A stretch of DNA of 63,980 bases, the filler included, from Chiloscyllium plagiosum (taxonomy: Eukaryota), in NCBI RefSeq assembly GCF_004010195.1. It is 5 parts of one record of this genome, joined end to end, with 100 filler letters (N's around TTAATTAATTAA, not from the genome) between each part and the next. Parts side by side here need not be neighbours in the genome. Positions count along the whole stretch, not along the records: positions 1 to 24,840 come from NC_057710.1; 4 more parts are not named here. One strand, 5' to 3'. A program made the translations under genes and the position numbers. Numbering within the stretch: position 1 is the first letter of the stretch; every line of letters begins with the position of its first letter. The notes under the pieces were generated by a model that searched no databases, was not told where the DNA came from, and saw only the letters and a program-made list of their open reading frames with translations. Of this stretch, positions 1 to 13,934 are shown in pieces.

Positions 1-270
1 GGTGCTGGAAAAGCACAGCAGCTCAGGCAGCATCCGAGGAGCAGGAAAATCGACGTTTTGAGCAAAAGCCCTTCATCAGGAATAGAGGCAGGGTGCCTGC
101 AGAGTGGAGAGATAACACTCTGCAGGCACCCTGCCTCTATTCCTGATGAAGGGCTTTTGCTCGAAACATCGATTTTCCTGCTCCTCGGATGCTGCCTGAC
201 CTGCTGTGCTTTTCCAGCATCACTCTAATCTAGACTCTGGTTTCTAGCATCTGCAGTCCTTGTTTTTACC
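1..270. mobile_element. Penelope-like terminal repeats in inverted (palindromic) arrangement, carrying hammerhead motifs
   Basis: 1-105 is the reverse complement of ~117-221. CTGATGA-AGGGC-TTTT-GCTC-GAAA lies at 143-166. The same terminus abuts GIY-YIG coding sequence elsewhere in the window. Confidence 0.8.
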
Positions 271-480
271 CATTTAGAGACGGTGCTGGACTGTCCAGGA
301 CTGTTGTCGGCAGCATTTCAGTGAGCCGAGTTCATTTTTAATCATTTAATCATTAATCAAAAGACGCGATCAGGGTTAAAACAGTTCTTTGACGTAATGT
401 TTCTATCGGGACCTTGAGATCACCTTAGGATAATACGATATTCGGATAATTGATATTTGGATAATCGGGGTTCCTCTGTA
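271..480. mobile_element. Tc1/mariner (Tigger/pogo-like) DNA transposon end
   Basis: Ends GGATAATCGGGGTTCCTCTG-TA (reverse complement TA-CAGAGGAACCCCGATTATCC, a Tigger-type TIR plus TA target) with three GGATAAT subterminal repeats. Partner TIR not seen. Confidence 0.55.
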
Positions 481-1850
481 CAGAGACATGGGATTGAGGG
501 TGATTTAGCAGTTTGGATCAGAAGTTGGCTAGCTGAAAGAAGAGAGAGGGTGGTAGTTGATGGGAAATATTCATCCTGGAGTTCAGTTACTAGTGGTGTA
601 CCGCAAGGATCTATTTTGGTCCACTGCTGTTTCTCATTTTTACAAATGACCCGGATGGGTTAGTAAATTTGCAGATGATACTAAGGTCGGTAGTTATGAA
701 TAGTGCCGAAGGAAGTTGTAAGGTTACAGAGGTAAGCTGCAGAGCTGGACTGAGAGGTGGCAAATGGAGTTTAATGCGGAAAAGTGCAAGGTGATTCACT
801 TTGGAAGGAGCAACAGCAATAAAGAATACTGGGGTAAGATTCTTGGTAGTGTAGATGAGCAGAGAGAGCTCGATGCCCAGGTACATAGATCCCTGAAAGT
901 TGCCACCCAGGTTGATAGAGTTGTTAAGGAGGCATATGGTGTATTAGCTTTCATTGGTAGAGGGATTGAGTTTTGGAACCATGCAGCTGTACAAAGCTCT
1001 GGTGATGCTGCACTTGGAGTATTGTGTACAGTTCTGGTCACCACATTATAGGAAGGATGTGGAAGCTTTGGCAAGGGTTCAGAGGAGATTTACAAGGATG
1101 TTGCCTGGTATGGAAGGAAGATCTTATGAGGAACGGCTGAGGGCACTGAGGCTGCTTTTGTTAGAGAGAAGAAGGTTGAGAGGTGACTTAATTGTGACGT
1201 ATAAGATAATCAGATGGTTAGGTAGGGTGGACAGTAAGAGCCTTTTTCCTCAGATGGTCATGGCTAGCACGAGGGGACGTAGCTTTACTTTGAGGGGTGA
1301 TAGATATAGGATAGATGTCAGAGGTATTTTTTTTTAATCAGAGAGTAGATTAGATTAGATTAGATTAAATTAGATTAGATTACTTACAGTGTGGAAACAG
1401 GCCCTTCGGCCCAACAAGTCCACACCGCCCCGCCGAAGTGCAACCCACCTATACCCCTACATTTACCCCTTACCTAACACTACGGACAATTTAGCATGGC
1501 CAATTCACCTGACCTGCACATCTTTGGACTGTGGGAGGAAACCGGAGCACCCGGAGGAAACCCACGCAGACACGGGGAGAACGTGCAAACTCCACACAGT
1601 CAGTCGCCTGAGGTGGGAATTGAACCCGGGTCTCTGTGCCACCGTGCCGCCCAGGTAGTAGGGGCTTGGAACAGCCTGCCTGCAACAATAGTAGACTCGC
1701 CAACTTTAAGGGCATTTAAATGGTCATTGAATAGATATAGGGATCAAAATGGAATAGTGTCGGCTAGATGGGCTTCAGATTGGTTTCACAGGTAGGCCCA
1801 ACATCGAGCACCAAAGAGCCTGTACTGCGCTGTCATGTTCTATGTTTTAT
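481..1850 (+). mobile_element. CR1 LINE 3' fragment (decayed RT), interrupted by an HE1 SINE
   Basis: Motifs SGVPQGS, MEFNAEKCKVIHFG and LEYCVQFWSP; ATGTTCT-repeat 3' tail near 1835-1850. Confidence 0.9.
1347..1653 (-). mobile_element. HE1-type tRNA-derived SINE
   Basis: (TAGAT)n tail; B-box GGTTCAATTCC on the minus strand; near-identical to copies at 18624 and 23047. Confidence 0.85.
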
Positions 1851-1981
1851 GTAGGGGTTCTAAGTCCAAAGCCAGCAACAATAAGACCAGCAGCGGCCTC
1901 CTAATTTCAGAGGCAGTGACACAGCCTTAATATCATTGAATTGACAATCCAGAGGCCCAGGCTGACACTCTGGGAATATGG

Positions 1982-2704
1982 GAGGAAGTGAACACTGCAG
2001 ATGCTGGAGATCAGAGTTAAGGAGTGTGGTGCTGGAAAAGCACAGCAGGTCAGGCAGCATCCGAGGAGCAGGAGAATCGACCTTTTGAGCATAAGCCCGT
2101 TGCCACCTGACCGGCTGTGCTTTTGATGGTGATAGGTCAGAGAGGAGGGTGGAGTGGATAGGTGTGAAGGAAGGTGGGCAGGTAGGACAGGTCAAGAGGG
2201 TGGTGCTGAGTTGGAAGGTTGGATCTGGGATAAGGTGGGGGGGGGGAAATGAGGAAACTGGTGAAATCCACATTGATGCCATGAGGTTGAAGGGTCCCGA
2301 TGCAGAAGATGAGGCGTTCTTCCTCCAGGCATCGGTTGATGATGGTCTGGTGGTGGAGAAGGCCCAGGACCTGTATGTCCTTGACAGAGTGGGAGGAGGG
2401 AGTTAAAGTGTTCGGCCACAGGATGGTGAGGTTGTTTCGTGTGTGTATGTGTCCCGGAGATGTTCTCTGAAGTGTTCCCCAAGTCGGTGTCCTGTCTCCC
2501 TAGTGTAGAGGAGACCACATCATGACCACCAAGGATATGCAGTTGTGGGCCTCCTCCCCTGCCAAACCCTCACCACCTGACGCCTGGAGAAAGAACGCCT
2601 CATCTTCTGCCTTGGGATTCTCCAACTACACGGAATTCATATGGATTTCACCTGTTTCCAAACTTCTTCTCCCCCAACCTTTTACCAGATCCAAAGTTCC
2701 AACT
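1982..2704. mobile_element. Penelope-like element, left part (inverted pLTR plus GIY-YIG endonuclease fragment)
   Basis: Minus strand encodes CGLLY..ETG.RLGEHFREHL and HPVAEHFNS (GIY-YIG C-terminus). Orientation flips at ~2522, and the element resumes at 6775. Confidence 0.8.
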
Positions 2705-5700
2705 TTTCCGGTGGCAGTTGGATTGGGAGGAGTGACCGTGAGGATCAGAAGCCCGACGGGAAGGTAAAACTTTAAAAGATATAAAGGTTCACCTGGTGTA
2801 TAGGCGGAGTGCAGACTGAGCAGGAGCAGACACGGGACTGCTGGGTAAGTGAGGCTTTATATTTGGGTGGTTGCTTTACCTGATACATTACCCAGGTAGT
2901 GTCTCCCAGCCGTCCTCCTCCTCAAACCAACAAAAAGGTTCTGTGCGCCAATTGGTGAGGTGACTGGTTTCTTTATTTTAGTTTATCAGTAGTCTCATTT
3001 GGAATTTAGAATAGTAGGAATGGAAGTTAGGGCAATTGAATGTTCCTCCTGCAGAATATGAGAGGTAAGGGTCACCTCTAGTGTCCTTGCGATGTCATCT
3101 GTGGGAAATGCACCCAACTCAAGCTCCTCGAAAACAGCATTAGGGAACTGGATGAACTTTGGATCATTCGGAAGGAGGAGGAGATTATTGAGAGGAGTTA
3201 CAAGGAGGTAGTCACACCTCAGGTAAACGAAGAAGGTAGATGGGTTACAGTCAGGGAACAGAAAGGAAACTGGCAGGCAGTGCAGGGATTCCCTGTGGCT
3301 GTTCCCTTCAACAACAAGTATACTGTTTTGGATGCTGCTGGGAGGGATGGATTACCAGAGGTAAGTAATGGGCACAGGTCTCTGGCACAGACTCTATCGC
3401 TGCTGCTCAGAAGGGAAGGGGGAAGAGGAGCAGAGCATTAGTCATTAGGGATTCCAATGTTGGAATGAGAGAGAGAGACTCACGGTTCGGGTGTTGCCTC
3501 TCAAATCCCAGGGTTTGTGATGTCTCTGATCATGTTTTTGGGATCCTTGAGGGGGAGGGGGAGCAGCCCCAAGTCGAGGTCCACATAGGCACCAACGACA
3601 CAGGTAGGAAGAAAGGTGGGGATCTAAGGTAGAAATTCAGGGAGCCAGGGTGGAAGCTTAGAACTAGAACAAACAGAGTTGTTATCTCTGGTTTGTTGCC
3701 CATGCCATGTGCTAGTGAAGCGAGGAACAGGGATAGAGAGGAATTGAACTCAGTGATGGTGCAAGAGGGAGGGTTTTGGATACCTGGATAATTTGCTAAT
3801 GCTCTTTGGGTGTGTTTAAATTAATTCAGCAAGGGGAATGGGAACCGAAATAGAGTTTACGGAGGATGAGTAGTGAAGTCAGAACTAAGATTTGAAGATT
3901 GCAAGAAGGCACCAGCAGGCAAGAAGTTGGTTTGAAGTGTGTCTACTTCAATGCCAGGAGCATCCAGAATAAGGTGGGTGAACTTGCAGCATGGGTCGGT
4001 TCCTAAGATTTTGAGATTGTGGCCATTTCAGAGACATGGGTACAGCAGGGACAGGAATAGTTGTTGCAGGTTCCAGGATTTAGATGTTTCAGTAAGATCA
4101 GGGAAGGTGATAAAAAAGGGGGAGGTGTGGCACTATTCGTCAAGGACAGTATTGCAGTTGCAGAAAGGATGTTTGAGGACTCATCCACTGAGGTAGTATG
4201 AGCTGAGATTAGAAACAGGAAAGGAGAGGTTACCCTGTTGGGATTTTTCTATAGGGTCCGAACAGTTCCAGAGATGTAGAGGATAGGATAGCAAAGATGA
4301 TCCTTGATAGGAGCAAGAGTGACAGGGTAGTTGTTATGGGGGACTTTAATTTTCCAAATATTGATTGGGAATACTATAGTTCAAGTACCAGGTGTTAGAA
4401 TTGGAGGTAGGTGAGCACTTTGGTGATAATGACCACAATTCGGTTATGTTAACTTTAGCGATGGAAAGAGATAGGTATCAACTGCAGGGCAAGAGTTATA
4501 GCTGGGGGAAAGGCAATTACAATGCAATCAGGCAAGATTTAGGATGCATAAGGTGGGGAAGGAAACTGCAGGGCATGGGCACAATTGAAATGTGGAGCTT
4601 ATTCAAGGAACAGCTACTGCAGATCCTTGATAAATATGTACCTGTCAGGCAGGGAGGAAGTTGTCGAGCGAGGGAGTTGTGGTTTACTAAAGAAGTTGAG
4701 TTTCTCTTCAAGAGGAAGAAGACAGTTTATGTTAGGATGAGACGTAATGGCTCAGCTAGGGCTCTTGAGAGTTACAAGTTAGCCAGGAAAGATCGAAAGA
4801 GAGAGCTCAGAAGAGCCAGGAAGTCAGTGGAGGATAGGATCAAGGAAAACCCTAAGGCTTTCTATAGGTATATTAGGAATAAAATAATGACTAGAGTAAG
4901 ATTAGGGCCAATCAAGGATAGTAGTGGGAAGTTGTGTGTGGAGTCAGAGGAGATAGGGAAGAGCTTTTCGTCAGTATTCCCTCTAGAAAAAGATAATGTG
5001 GTCGGGGAGAATACTGATATACAAGCTACTAGACTAGACAGGATTGAGGTGCATAACGAGGAGGTGTTAGCAACTCTGGAAAGTGTAAAAATAGCTAAGT
5101 CCCCTGCCAGATTGGATTTATCCAAGAATTCTCTGGGAAGCCAGGGAGGAGATTACCGAGCCTTTGGCTTTGATCTTTATGTTGTCATTGTCTACAGGAG
5201 TAGTGCCAGAAAACTGGAAGATAGCAAAAGTTGCTCCCTTACTCAAGGGGAGTAGAGTCAATCCTGGAAATTATAAACCAGTGAGCCTTACTTCGGTTGT
5301 GGGTAAAGTGTTGGAAAGGGTTATAAGGAGATAGAATTTATAATCATCTAAAGGGGAATAAGTTGATTAGGGATAGTCAACATGATTTGTGAAGAGTAGG
5401 TCATGCCTCACAAACCTTATTGAGTTCTTTGAGAAGGTGACCAAACAGGTGGATGAGAGTAAAGTGTTTTATGTGATGTGCATGGATTCCAGTAGGGTGT
5501 TTGATAAGGTTCCCAAAAGTAGGCTATTACACAAAATACAGAGGCATGGGATTGAGGGTGATTTAGCAATTTGGATCAGAAACTGGCTAGCTGAAAGAAG
5601 ACAAAGGGTAGTGGTTGATGGGAAATATTCATCCTGGAGTTCATTTACGAGTGGTGTACCACAAGGATCTGTTTTGGGGTAACTGTTGTTTGTCATTTAT

Positions 5701-6774
5701 ATAAATGACCTGATTAGGGCATAGAAGGATGGGTTAGTAAATTTGTGGATGACTCTAAGGTTGGTAGAGTTGTGGATAGTGATGTAGAATGTTATAGGTT
5801 ACAGAGGGACATAGATAAGCTGTAGAGCTGGGCTGAGAGGGGGCAAGTGGAATTTAATGTGGAAAAATGCGAGTTGATTCACTTTGGAAGGAGTAACAGG
5901 AATGCAGAGTACTGGGCGAATGGTAAGATTCTTGGTAGTGTAGATGAGCAATGTACATAGAAACATAGATAAGATGCAGAGCTGGGCCAAGAGATGGCAA
6001 ATGGAGTTTAATGCGGAAAAATGTGAGGTTAGTCACTTTGGAAGGAATAACAGGAATGCAGAGTACTGGGCTGATGGTAAAATTCTTGGGGGTGTCGATG
6101 AGCAGAGAGATCTCGGTGTCCAGGTACATAGATCCTTGAAAGTTGCCACCAGGTTGATAGGGTTGTTAAGAAGGTATATAGTGTGTTATCTTTTATTGGT
6201 AGAGGGACTGAGTTTCAGAACCATGAGATCATGCTGCCGCTGTATAAAACTCTGGTGCGGCCATATTTGGAGTATTGCGTACAGTACTGCTCACCACATT
6301 ATAGGAGGGATGTGGAAGCTTTGGCAAGGGTTCAGAGAAGATTTCATCAGATGTTGCCTGGTATGGAGGGAAGGTCTTACGAGGAAAGGCTAAGGGACTT
6401 GAGGCCATTTTCATTGGAAAGAAGGTTGCGAGGAGACCTAATTGAGACATATAAGATAATCAGAGGGTTAGATAGGTGGACAGTGAGTGCCTTTTTCCTC
6501 AGATGGTGATGGCTAGCACAAGAAGACATAGTTTTAAATTGAGGGGTGATAGATATAGGACAGATGTCAGAAGTAGTTTCTTTACTCAGAGAATAGTAGG
6601 TGCGTGGAACGCACTGCTGCCACAGTAGTGGATTCAACAATTTTAAGGGCATTTAAATGGTCATTGGATAGGCATATAGATGAGAATGGAATAGTGCAGA
6701 TTGGATGGGTTCCACAGGTTGGGGAAACATCTAGGGCCGAAGGGCCTGTACTGCGCTGTAATGTTCTATGTTCT
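2705..6774 (+). mobile_element. Near full-length decayed CR1 LINE (5'UTR, ORF1 zinc-finger/SGNH esterase, ORF2 endonuclease-RT)
   Basis: ORF1 remnants (CxxC..CGKC, HIGTND); endonuclease motifs (MGDFNFPNIDW, GDNDHN); RT motifs (SCLTNLIEFFE, GVPQGSVLG); ATGTTCTATGTTCT tail at 6761-6774; internal ~150-bp duplication near 5810-6110. Confidence 0.9.
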
Positions 6775-7032
6775 AACTCAACACCGCCCTCTTGACCTGT
6801 CCAACCTGTCCATCTTCCTTCCCACCTATCCGTCTATCACCTTCACCCCCAACTTCATCTACCAATTTCATTCTCAGCTCCCTTCCCCCCTGTCCCACCC
6901 CCTCCCATTCATCTCTCAGCCTCCTTGGGCCACCCCCTCATTCCTGATGAACAGCTCATTCTTGAACAGTCGATTCTCCCGCTCCTCAGATTCTGCCTGA
7001 CTGGCTATGCTTTTCCAGCACCTCACTCTTCG
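6775..7032 (+). mobile_element. Penelope-like element, right part with pLTR
   Basis: Continues the plus-strand Penelope sequence broken at ~2704. Degenerate hammerhead at 6944-6972; followed by the TSD ACTCTGGGAATATGG. Confidence 0.75.
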
Positions 7033-9144
7033 ACTCTGGGAATATGGTTCAAATCCCATCATAAGCATTAATTCAAAAGTAAATATAGAATGAAAAACTA
7101 ATCCAATGGTGACCACGAAATCATTGCTGACTGCAATAAAAGACCATCTGGTTCACTAATTTACTTTATAAGGAAACCTGCCATCCTTACCTGATCTGAC
7201 CTATATGTGACTCCAGACCCACAGCAATGTGATTGAATCTTAAAATCCCTTCTGAAATGGTCTGGAAAACTATTCAGTTGTGTGAAATCTCTATGAAGTC
7301 TGAGGAAAGGAACAAAACTGAACGGACCACCAGGCACTGACCAAGGCACTGAAAATGACAATTGAAAACAGCCCTGTTGACCCTGCAAAGCCTGTGCCAA
7401 AACTAGGAATTGTCCCAAGGCTAGTCAAGCAACAGTCTGTCATAATACATTGTGGAATTGTAAATTGCACTGTCCCGACAACTCAATCACCATTTATAGG
7501 CAGTAACACAGTGCCAAACAGTCAGGAGAGCACTGTCCTGGGAGTCCTCAACATTAACTCAGAACCGCAAGAAGTCTCATGCTGGCAGGTTAAACATGGG
7601 CGAGGAAAACTCATGCCCACTTCTTTGGTTGATGAAATAATATCAGAAGCATTCGAATCTGGATCATCCTAGCTCTCAAAACATCTCAAAAGGTTTTACC
7701 AATAATGGACATTTGCTAAGCTCTTCATTACGAGTATAAAATGCATTATCATCGCCTGGTCTCTCTGACTGGCAGGTTAATAACATTGAAATTATAAACA
7801 CAATGAGTCAGGTTTATTAATAATACCACAGGCTGTCTCCTTAGATTGCAGTCAGAACATAATTGATTTGCCTTCAGCATTTTAAACACATCGCCCTTAT
7901 TATACTTTCTGGAGACCATGGATTTTGAAATTAACACCTGGCGACAAAGTGAATAGAACAGAACAGTAATTTACTATCACTTGCATTTTTTTACAAAAAG
8001 AAATAGTGAAAAGTGTTTAAGTCGCCATTTCATGGCTCCTACATTAATAACATTGATATAGAGAAAAAACAGATCATTATTAAGACAAATTCTATCTTTG
8101 TTTTCCCGAACCCAGGAGCCACAAATTAAACTTAGTGCAGAAAGCTGGTGAAGAAGTCATCGCCGGAACAAGCCATAGACGCTGGCTGCTGGAATACTGG
8201 GCCAGAAGACTCCACAGAATCCTGAAGCTGACCCAAGGATCCACTTCGTTGCCAATTCTGGGCCAGAAATCATTGCAGAAGCTGCCTCAAGGAATCCCAG
8301 GCAGCCAGATGCCAGGCAGAAACTACCTCATTGCTGAAGCCGCCGCTGACCCAGACTGGTTGAATCCAGGGCCTTGCCACTGAAGCAGACCAATGTTTGC
8401 AGCTGCAATGGCCACAGTGGAATTTGTGGCTGGGAAAGCATAACAGGCTACAAACTGCAATTGGGCCTTCCAGAGCAGTTCAACTATTTTTAACATTGTT
8501 TTTTGTTAATGGAGTGCAAGAATTTCTTGGCCATTCCTAATTGCCACAGAGAAGAATACCACAAATTCCTCCACTTGTGTGGCTGTGTTTTTTGGATTTT
8601 AGAGGTATGAAGAAAATCGTGGAGAGAGGAGAGAAAGATGCAGCTTTAGAGATCCATTTTCCTCCTTACACCATCCTTCGGTGATTTAATACACCAGAGA
8701 AAGGAATGGAATGCCTCCCTCTCAGTCTTTGATGAATTAAAGTAGTTATATATCTCCAATTCAAGTTAGGCATCTGTCTCAGTACCTCCCAGTGTTATCT
8801 TCTGGTATGAAGTCTGTAAGGTCATCCCGAACTCTACACTATACTAATGAAAACTTTCAGCTCTGGAATTTCCAACTCTAGAAAAGTGTAAGGATTATTT
8901 CTGAAATATTGTTCCTGACCTAGCTCAAGGTGGCTTTCAGTGCTAGCATGCATTGAACCTCCGATGATCACACGGGAAACATCCACCTCAAAGAGCTTCA
9001 CTGCCGACGGTCAACAAAACATTTCAATTGTCACAGATATTGTCTCAAATAAACTCATCTGAAAACTTGGTCTCACTCACTCCACACCACACAGACCGTC
9101 ACTAGCCCCAACTCTTGGCAGTTCACCTCTCGGTTGACTAAAGT

Positions 9145-10130
9145 TATAGAGTCATAGAATCATACGGCATAGAAACAGATTTTCGGTCTAACAAGTCCAT
9201 GTTGAAAATAATCTCAAACTAAACTATCCTCTCTTACCTGTACTTGGCCCATATCCCTTCACACACTTCTTATTAAAATACTTCTCTAAATGTATTTTAA
9301 ATGTTGCAACTGTATCCGCATCCACCACTTCCTCCAGAAGTTCATTCCAATCACAAACTACTCTCTGTGTAAAAATGTTGCCCCTCATGTCTTTTTTAAA
9401 GCTTAATCCTCTCACCTTAAAAATGTGTCCCCTCGTCACTCTAGGGAAGTCACCTGCCATTCACCTTATCTATCCCCTCATGAATTTATAAACCTTGATA
9501 AGATCACCTCTCAACTCCTACACTCCAGACAAAAAGTCCCAGCCTATCCAGCCTCTCCTTATAAGTCAAATCATCCATTCCCAGCAACCTGGTAAATCTC
9601 TTCTGAATCATCTCTGGCTTAATAATATTCTTCCTATAGGCAAAAGTGAGTACTGCAGATGCTGGAGATTAGAATCGAGAGTGTGGTGCTGGAAAAGCAT
9701 AGCAGGTCAGGCAGCATCTGAGGAACAGGAAAATTGATGTTTCGGGCAAAAACTCTTCATCAGGAATTCCTAGTTGATTTTAACTTTATTGCAAAACCTC
9801 TTCCAAGGATGCCTTGAAGAAGTTCTCTTCCTCCCTCTACAGGAATATCCTTCCTATAACAGAGTGACCAGAACTGAACACGGTACTCCAGAAGAGGTCG
9901 CACCCTTGTCCTGTACAATCTCAACACAATGTCCCAACTCCTGTACTCAAAGGTCAGAACAATGAAAGCAAGTGTGCCAAATGCCTTCTTAATCACCTTG
10001 TCTACATGTGATGCAAATTTTAAAGAATTATGTAGCTGATTCCCTAGCTCTCTCTTTTCTGCAACACTATTCAAAGCCCTACGTTTAATCATGTAAGTTT
10101 TGCCTTTGTTTTACTAAAATGCAATGCCTC
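9145..10130 (-). mobile_element. CR1 LINE 3' fragment with a Penelope pLTR inserted at ~9638-9768
   Basis: VRPLLEYRVQFWS and RGHIFKV..FTQRVV on the minus strand. Confidence 0.8.
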
Positions 10131-13100
10131 ATATATAAACATCACCAACCACAATCTGGTGACCAAGTGGTCAAGTCTCAGGTTTCAAGCTTCCATGAAA
10201 AATCAAGATCATCCTCAACTGTTTGAGGACAAACAAGGGAATACGTGGCTGTCCTCTCAACAAGTGGATCATGAGGAGCACCGCAAATTGCGACTCTGGC
10301 CATCCAAGTCATACCGATATCCCCAGATTGAACTTCTGACCTCAGAGATCCATTCCTCTTGGTTACACAACCATTTACACCACCTCAGTTTGAATGGATT
10401 GTTTACCTCAATATTGAATGACGATTATTTCCTCAAGTGTACAAATAAAAAACCATTCCAAACCCTGTCACCTGAATTTAGTGTCATCACTTTTAAACTC
10501 AACAAGTAACAATGACTTTCCATTACTCAACACACTGAACTTCTTGCTTAATTTTCTTCATTGTTTTGTCCCATCTCCGTACACTCAGAACTGCAGAAGG
10601 GGCTCTTCTAACTTACTCATTCATGGAGGCAGCCATGGAGGCAAGTTTGGGGTCACTCCGAGGCCTGGTGGCACTGCAACAGCTACATCAGCGAGATGAG
10701 CCTGAAGCAGACTCATGGTAGCAGTGGAATCAAGTTTGAGCCGATGGGGTACCTGGGAACATCAGTGGCATCTGCATTGGTAGGGTCCGTTGAGGATTCA
10801 TTGTGGCAAGGGAATCAGTGGAAGCAAAATGGTACCGAGTGGCAACTTTCATCCCAGCAGCAGCAGTGGCACAGTGAAGAGATGTCATGCATGGCCACCA
10901 GGCCCATGGCCCATAACAAGACAGACTGTAAAGATAAACACTTTTTCTTTATCTCTTTATTTTTCTGCCTTAATATTCTATATTTTGGTTTATTTTTCTG
11001 TGTTCTAAGATGGTGCCGGAGAGTAGCAACATTACACAACATTTTTCACAGTATTTTATAACAAAATACATGTGACAATAAATAAATCCTTCCATGTCTC
11101 CACCAATGACATATCATTAAATCACTGAACCCTTATCTCCTGTTCACCCCAATTATTTTTGCTTACCTCCCAAAGTTCCTCAGAAATGCATGCCTTTGAC
11201 CACATCCTTATCCGTGTGTGCCAGATTTTTGAATTCAAACTCCACCATTTGCTGTGGCAGGATTTGAACCCAGGTCCCCAGAATGTTACCTGGGTCTTTG
11301 GATTAACAGTCTACCAATAAGACCTTTCGGCATCACGTCCCCTAATGTTCCTGTGACCCTCTAACAGAACTGACAAATAGAATAAAATATTTAGTGGCAT
11401 AAAAGCAAAGGTTGGAGAAACTCAGTGGCTCTGGCAGCATCTGAGGAGGGAGAAACAGTAAACATTTAGGACTATGATTTCTTTGGTTACCCAAATCATA
11501 CAGTAACAACTTCAGTTTTTAAGAGTTAGAAACAGTCAGTAGGTAAAAGTGATAAGGAAATGGTCAGAAATATATCCCCATTAACTCCAGGCCTGAAGAG
11601 GCACATGTAGTAACATTGGAGAACAAAGTGAATCATGGGTATTTCTTGTATAAGTGCAGTTTAGCTCTTTATCTGAGATGAGATTTTGGAAATAGAGAGA
11701 AAGAAACAAAAAAAACCTTGGATTGTTAGAATGTTAGAATAATTCAGAATTCAGCAAGGCTTGTCCAGCCAATTCCCTAGATTTCCAAGCCTGTGGTGCT
11801 GGGAAATCTGTGATAGTTTGTGTGGTAGATGTTTCCCTGAGCATGTAGACAATTCCTTGGTCTGGCCTTCATATGTGACTGTGGACATATGCATTTGACT
11901 CTGAACTGCCCTCCGAAACTCAGTAGGAAGCCACTAAGTCCAAAGCAATTAGGATGCCCACATCCCATGAAGGAACAAAAAATAGTTGAGAGAAACAGCT
12001 TGTAAAATTTCACAAATTAAAAACTTGGACACAAAAAACGTAAATCTCAATTATGTGAAGTGATGCAAAAATAAAATCATTGAACACTTTGGAGTTCTTT
12101 AGAGAACGCAGTCAGAAATAAACCAGCTTGCCAGATGGGTTTTTCATGCAATTACCCAAAACTAAGAGCAAATTCTAAAAAAAAGATTGTCTTCCTTTGT
12201 TGCTTTCAATTAGTTCTAATTCTCAAGCATTCAAAAGAGTCAGAGGTAACTTCAGTGAAATCGCCAAGATCCAAGGGGGGCTTGATCAGGTGGACTTGAA
12301 TCTAGAACAAGAGGTCATAGTTTAAAAATAATAGGCATCTCTAAACAGAGATGAGGAAACTTTCTTTCTCCCTGCAGAGGTTTGAAAGTCTTTGGAATCT
12401 CCTGCTTCGAAAGGCAGTGGATGCTGAATCTTTAAATATTTTAAACGCATAGGTTGGTAAATTCTTGATGACCAAGGAGGTAGAAAATTATCAGGGCATG
12501 CAAGAATGTGCAGTTGAAGTTAAAATCAGATTAGCTGTTATTTTATTGTATGGCAGAGCAGGCATTGAAGGACCGAGTGGTCTCACCTTATTCCTTGTTT
12601 GTATGTTCAATGCAAAAATGTGTAGCCGACCTTATAATGATTGACAAATGAAAAATAAAGTATTAGGATGGAACCTCACTTAATAAGATGGTTTATAATT
12701 CCTGTGAATACTGGAGAGAAAATAGATCTCATCTTGCAAGCTGAAAATTGTAATTGCAACACAGAAGGAATGGACATGCTATGTCAATTTCCCGGAGCCC
12801 TGAAGGTGACAGAACCTTGCAGCTCTGTATTACACACACTAATAGTTTGCAAGAGAAGCATACGAATTATGCTGCAGAAAATGGGCTTGTTAGTTTTCAA
12901 GAGCTATGGTCAGGATGACTTCAGTTACTGGGTCTATTTTAAGATTATGAGTGAGAATCAGGCAGGCACGGAACCAGTACAAAGTGCAGCCTTCATTAGC
13001 TAGGTTGGCTGGATGGCTGATTTGTAATGTTAATGGTGTAGGTTTAATTCCTGGATTGGCTGAGGTAAGAAGGCTCCACCATCACAATCTCGCCCTTGCC

Positions 13101-13934
13101 TGCGGTATGGTAATCCTTAAGTTAACCAGTTACTCTCTCTAATGACAGTAGCTCTATGGGACTCTAGGGACTTTTACTTTACAAAATGCAGTCACTGGAC
13201 TTAGGTTTTTCCTTGGCAACTTGCTTCAACCCCTGGCCTCATTTAAGTATAGAGAATCAACAACAACTTGCATTGACACCATGCCCTTAACACAGAAACA
13301 AACTCCAAGTTTCCTCACAGCCAATTCATCAAGCACATTTTGACAATGAGCCGCACAAGTGAGACAGGAAGACAACTGACTAGAAACTTAATCAAATAGT
13401 TCAGCTGAAGGAACAAATCAAATGGAGAGAGACTGAGTAAGAGAGAAGTTGAAAGAGGGAATTCTGGACTTCAGGGCACTTACAGCTTAATGTACAGTCA
13501 CTAAAGGTGGAGGTTCGGAAATCGGGGCTAGGTAAGTGACCAAAATTGGAGAGGGCAGAGATCTTGGAGTGTTGTAGAGCTGGAGGAAATTAAAGAAAAA
13601 CAGCGGGACAAGGCTAAGGAGAGATTTGAAGTTAAGGATGAGAATGTTAAAATGGAGTCTTTGTTGAAGCAGAATCAATTGTAAATCATAAACATGGGGT
13701 GATGTATGGTAGATTGAAAGCAAAATCGATTAACTTTTCAGACAAGAAAAAGAAGCATCACTGATGGTGACATTGGTGAGCTGGAGAAAGGGTTGGGGGA
13801 GGTGACCTGACTAGGGCTTTCAATTTCCATCCCTCTCGCACCTTCAACTCCACTCTCCTGCCTTTTACCTATTACCCGTGATTCCCTTCCAAATTTAAAA
13901 TCTGTCTGTCTCAGCCTTGAAGATGAGAGGTGAA

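Noticed and set aside
4392..5255. Longest ORF (287 aa) as a host or domesticated gene
   Set aside because: It is a frameshifted CR1 ORF2 fragment within a decayed element.
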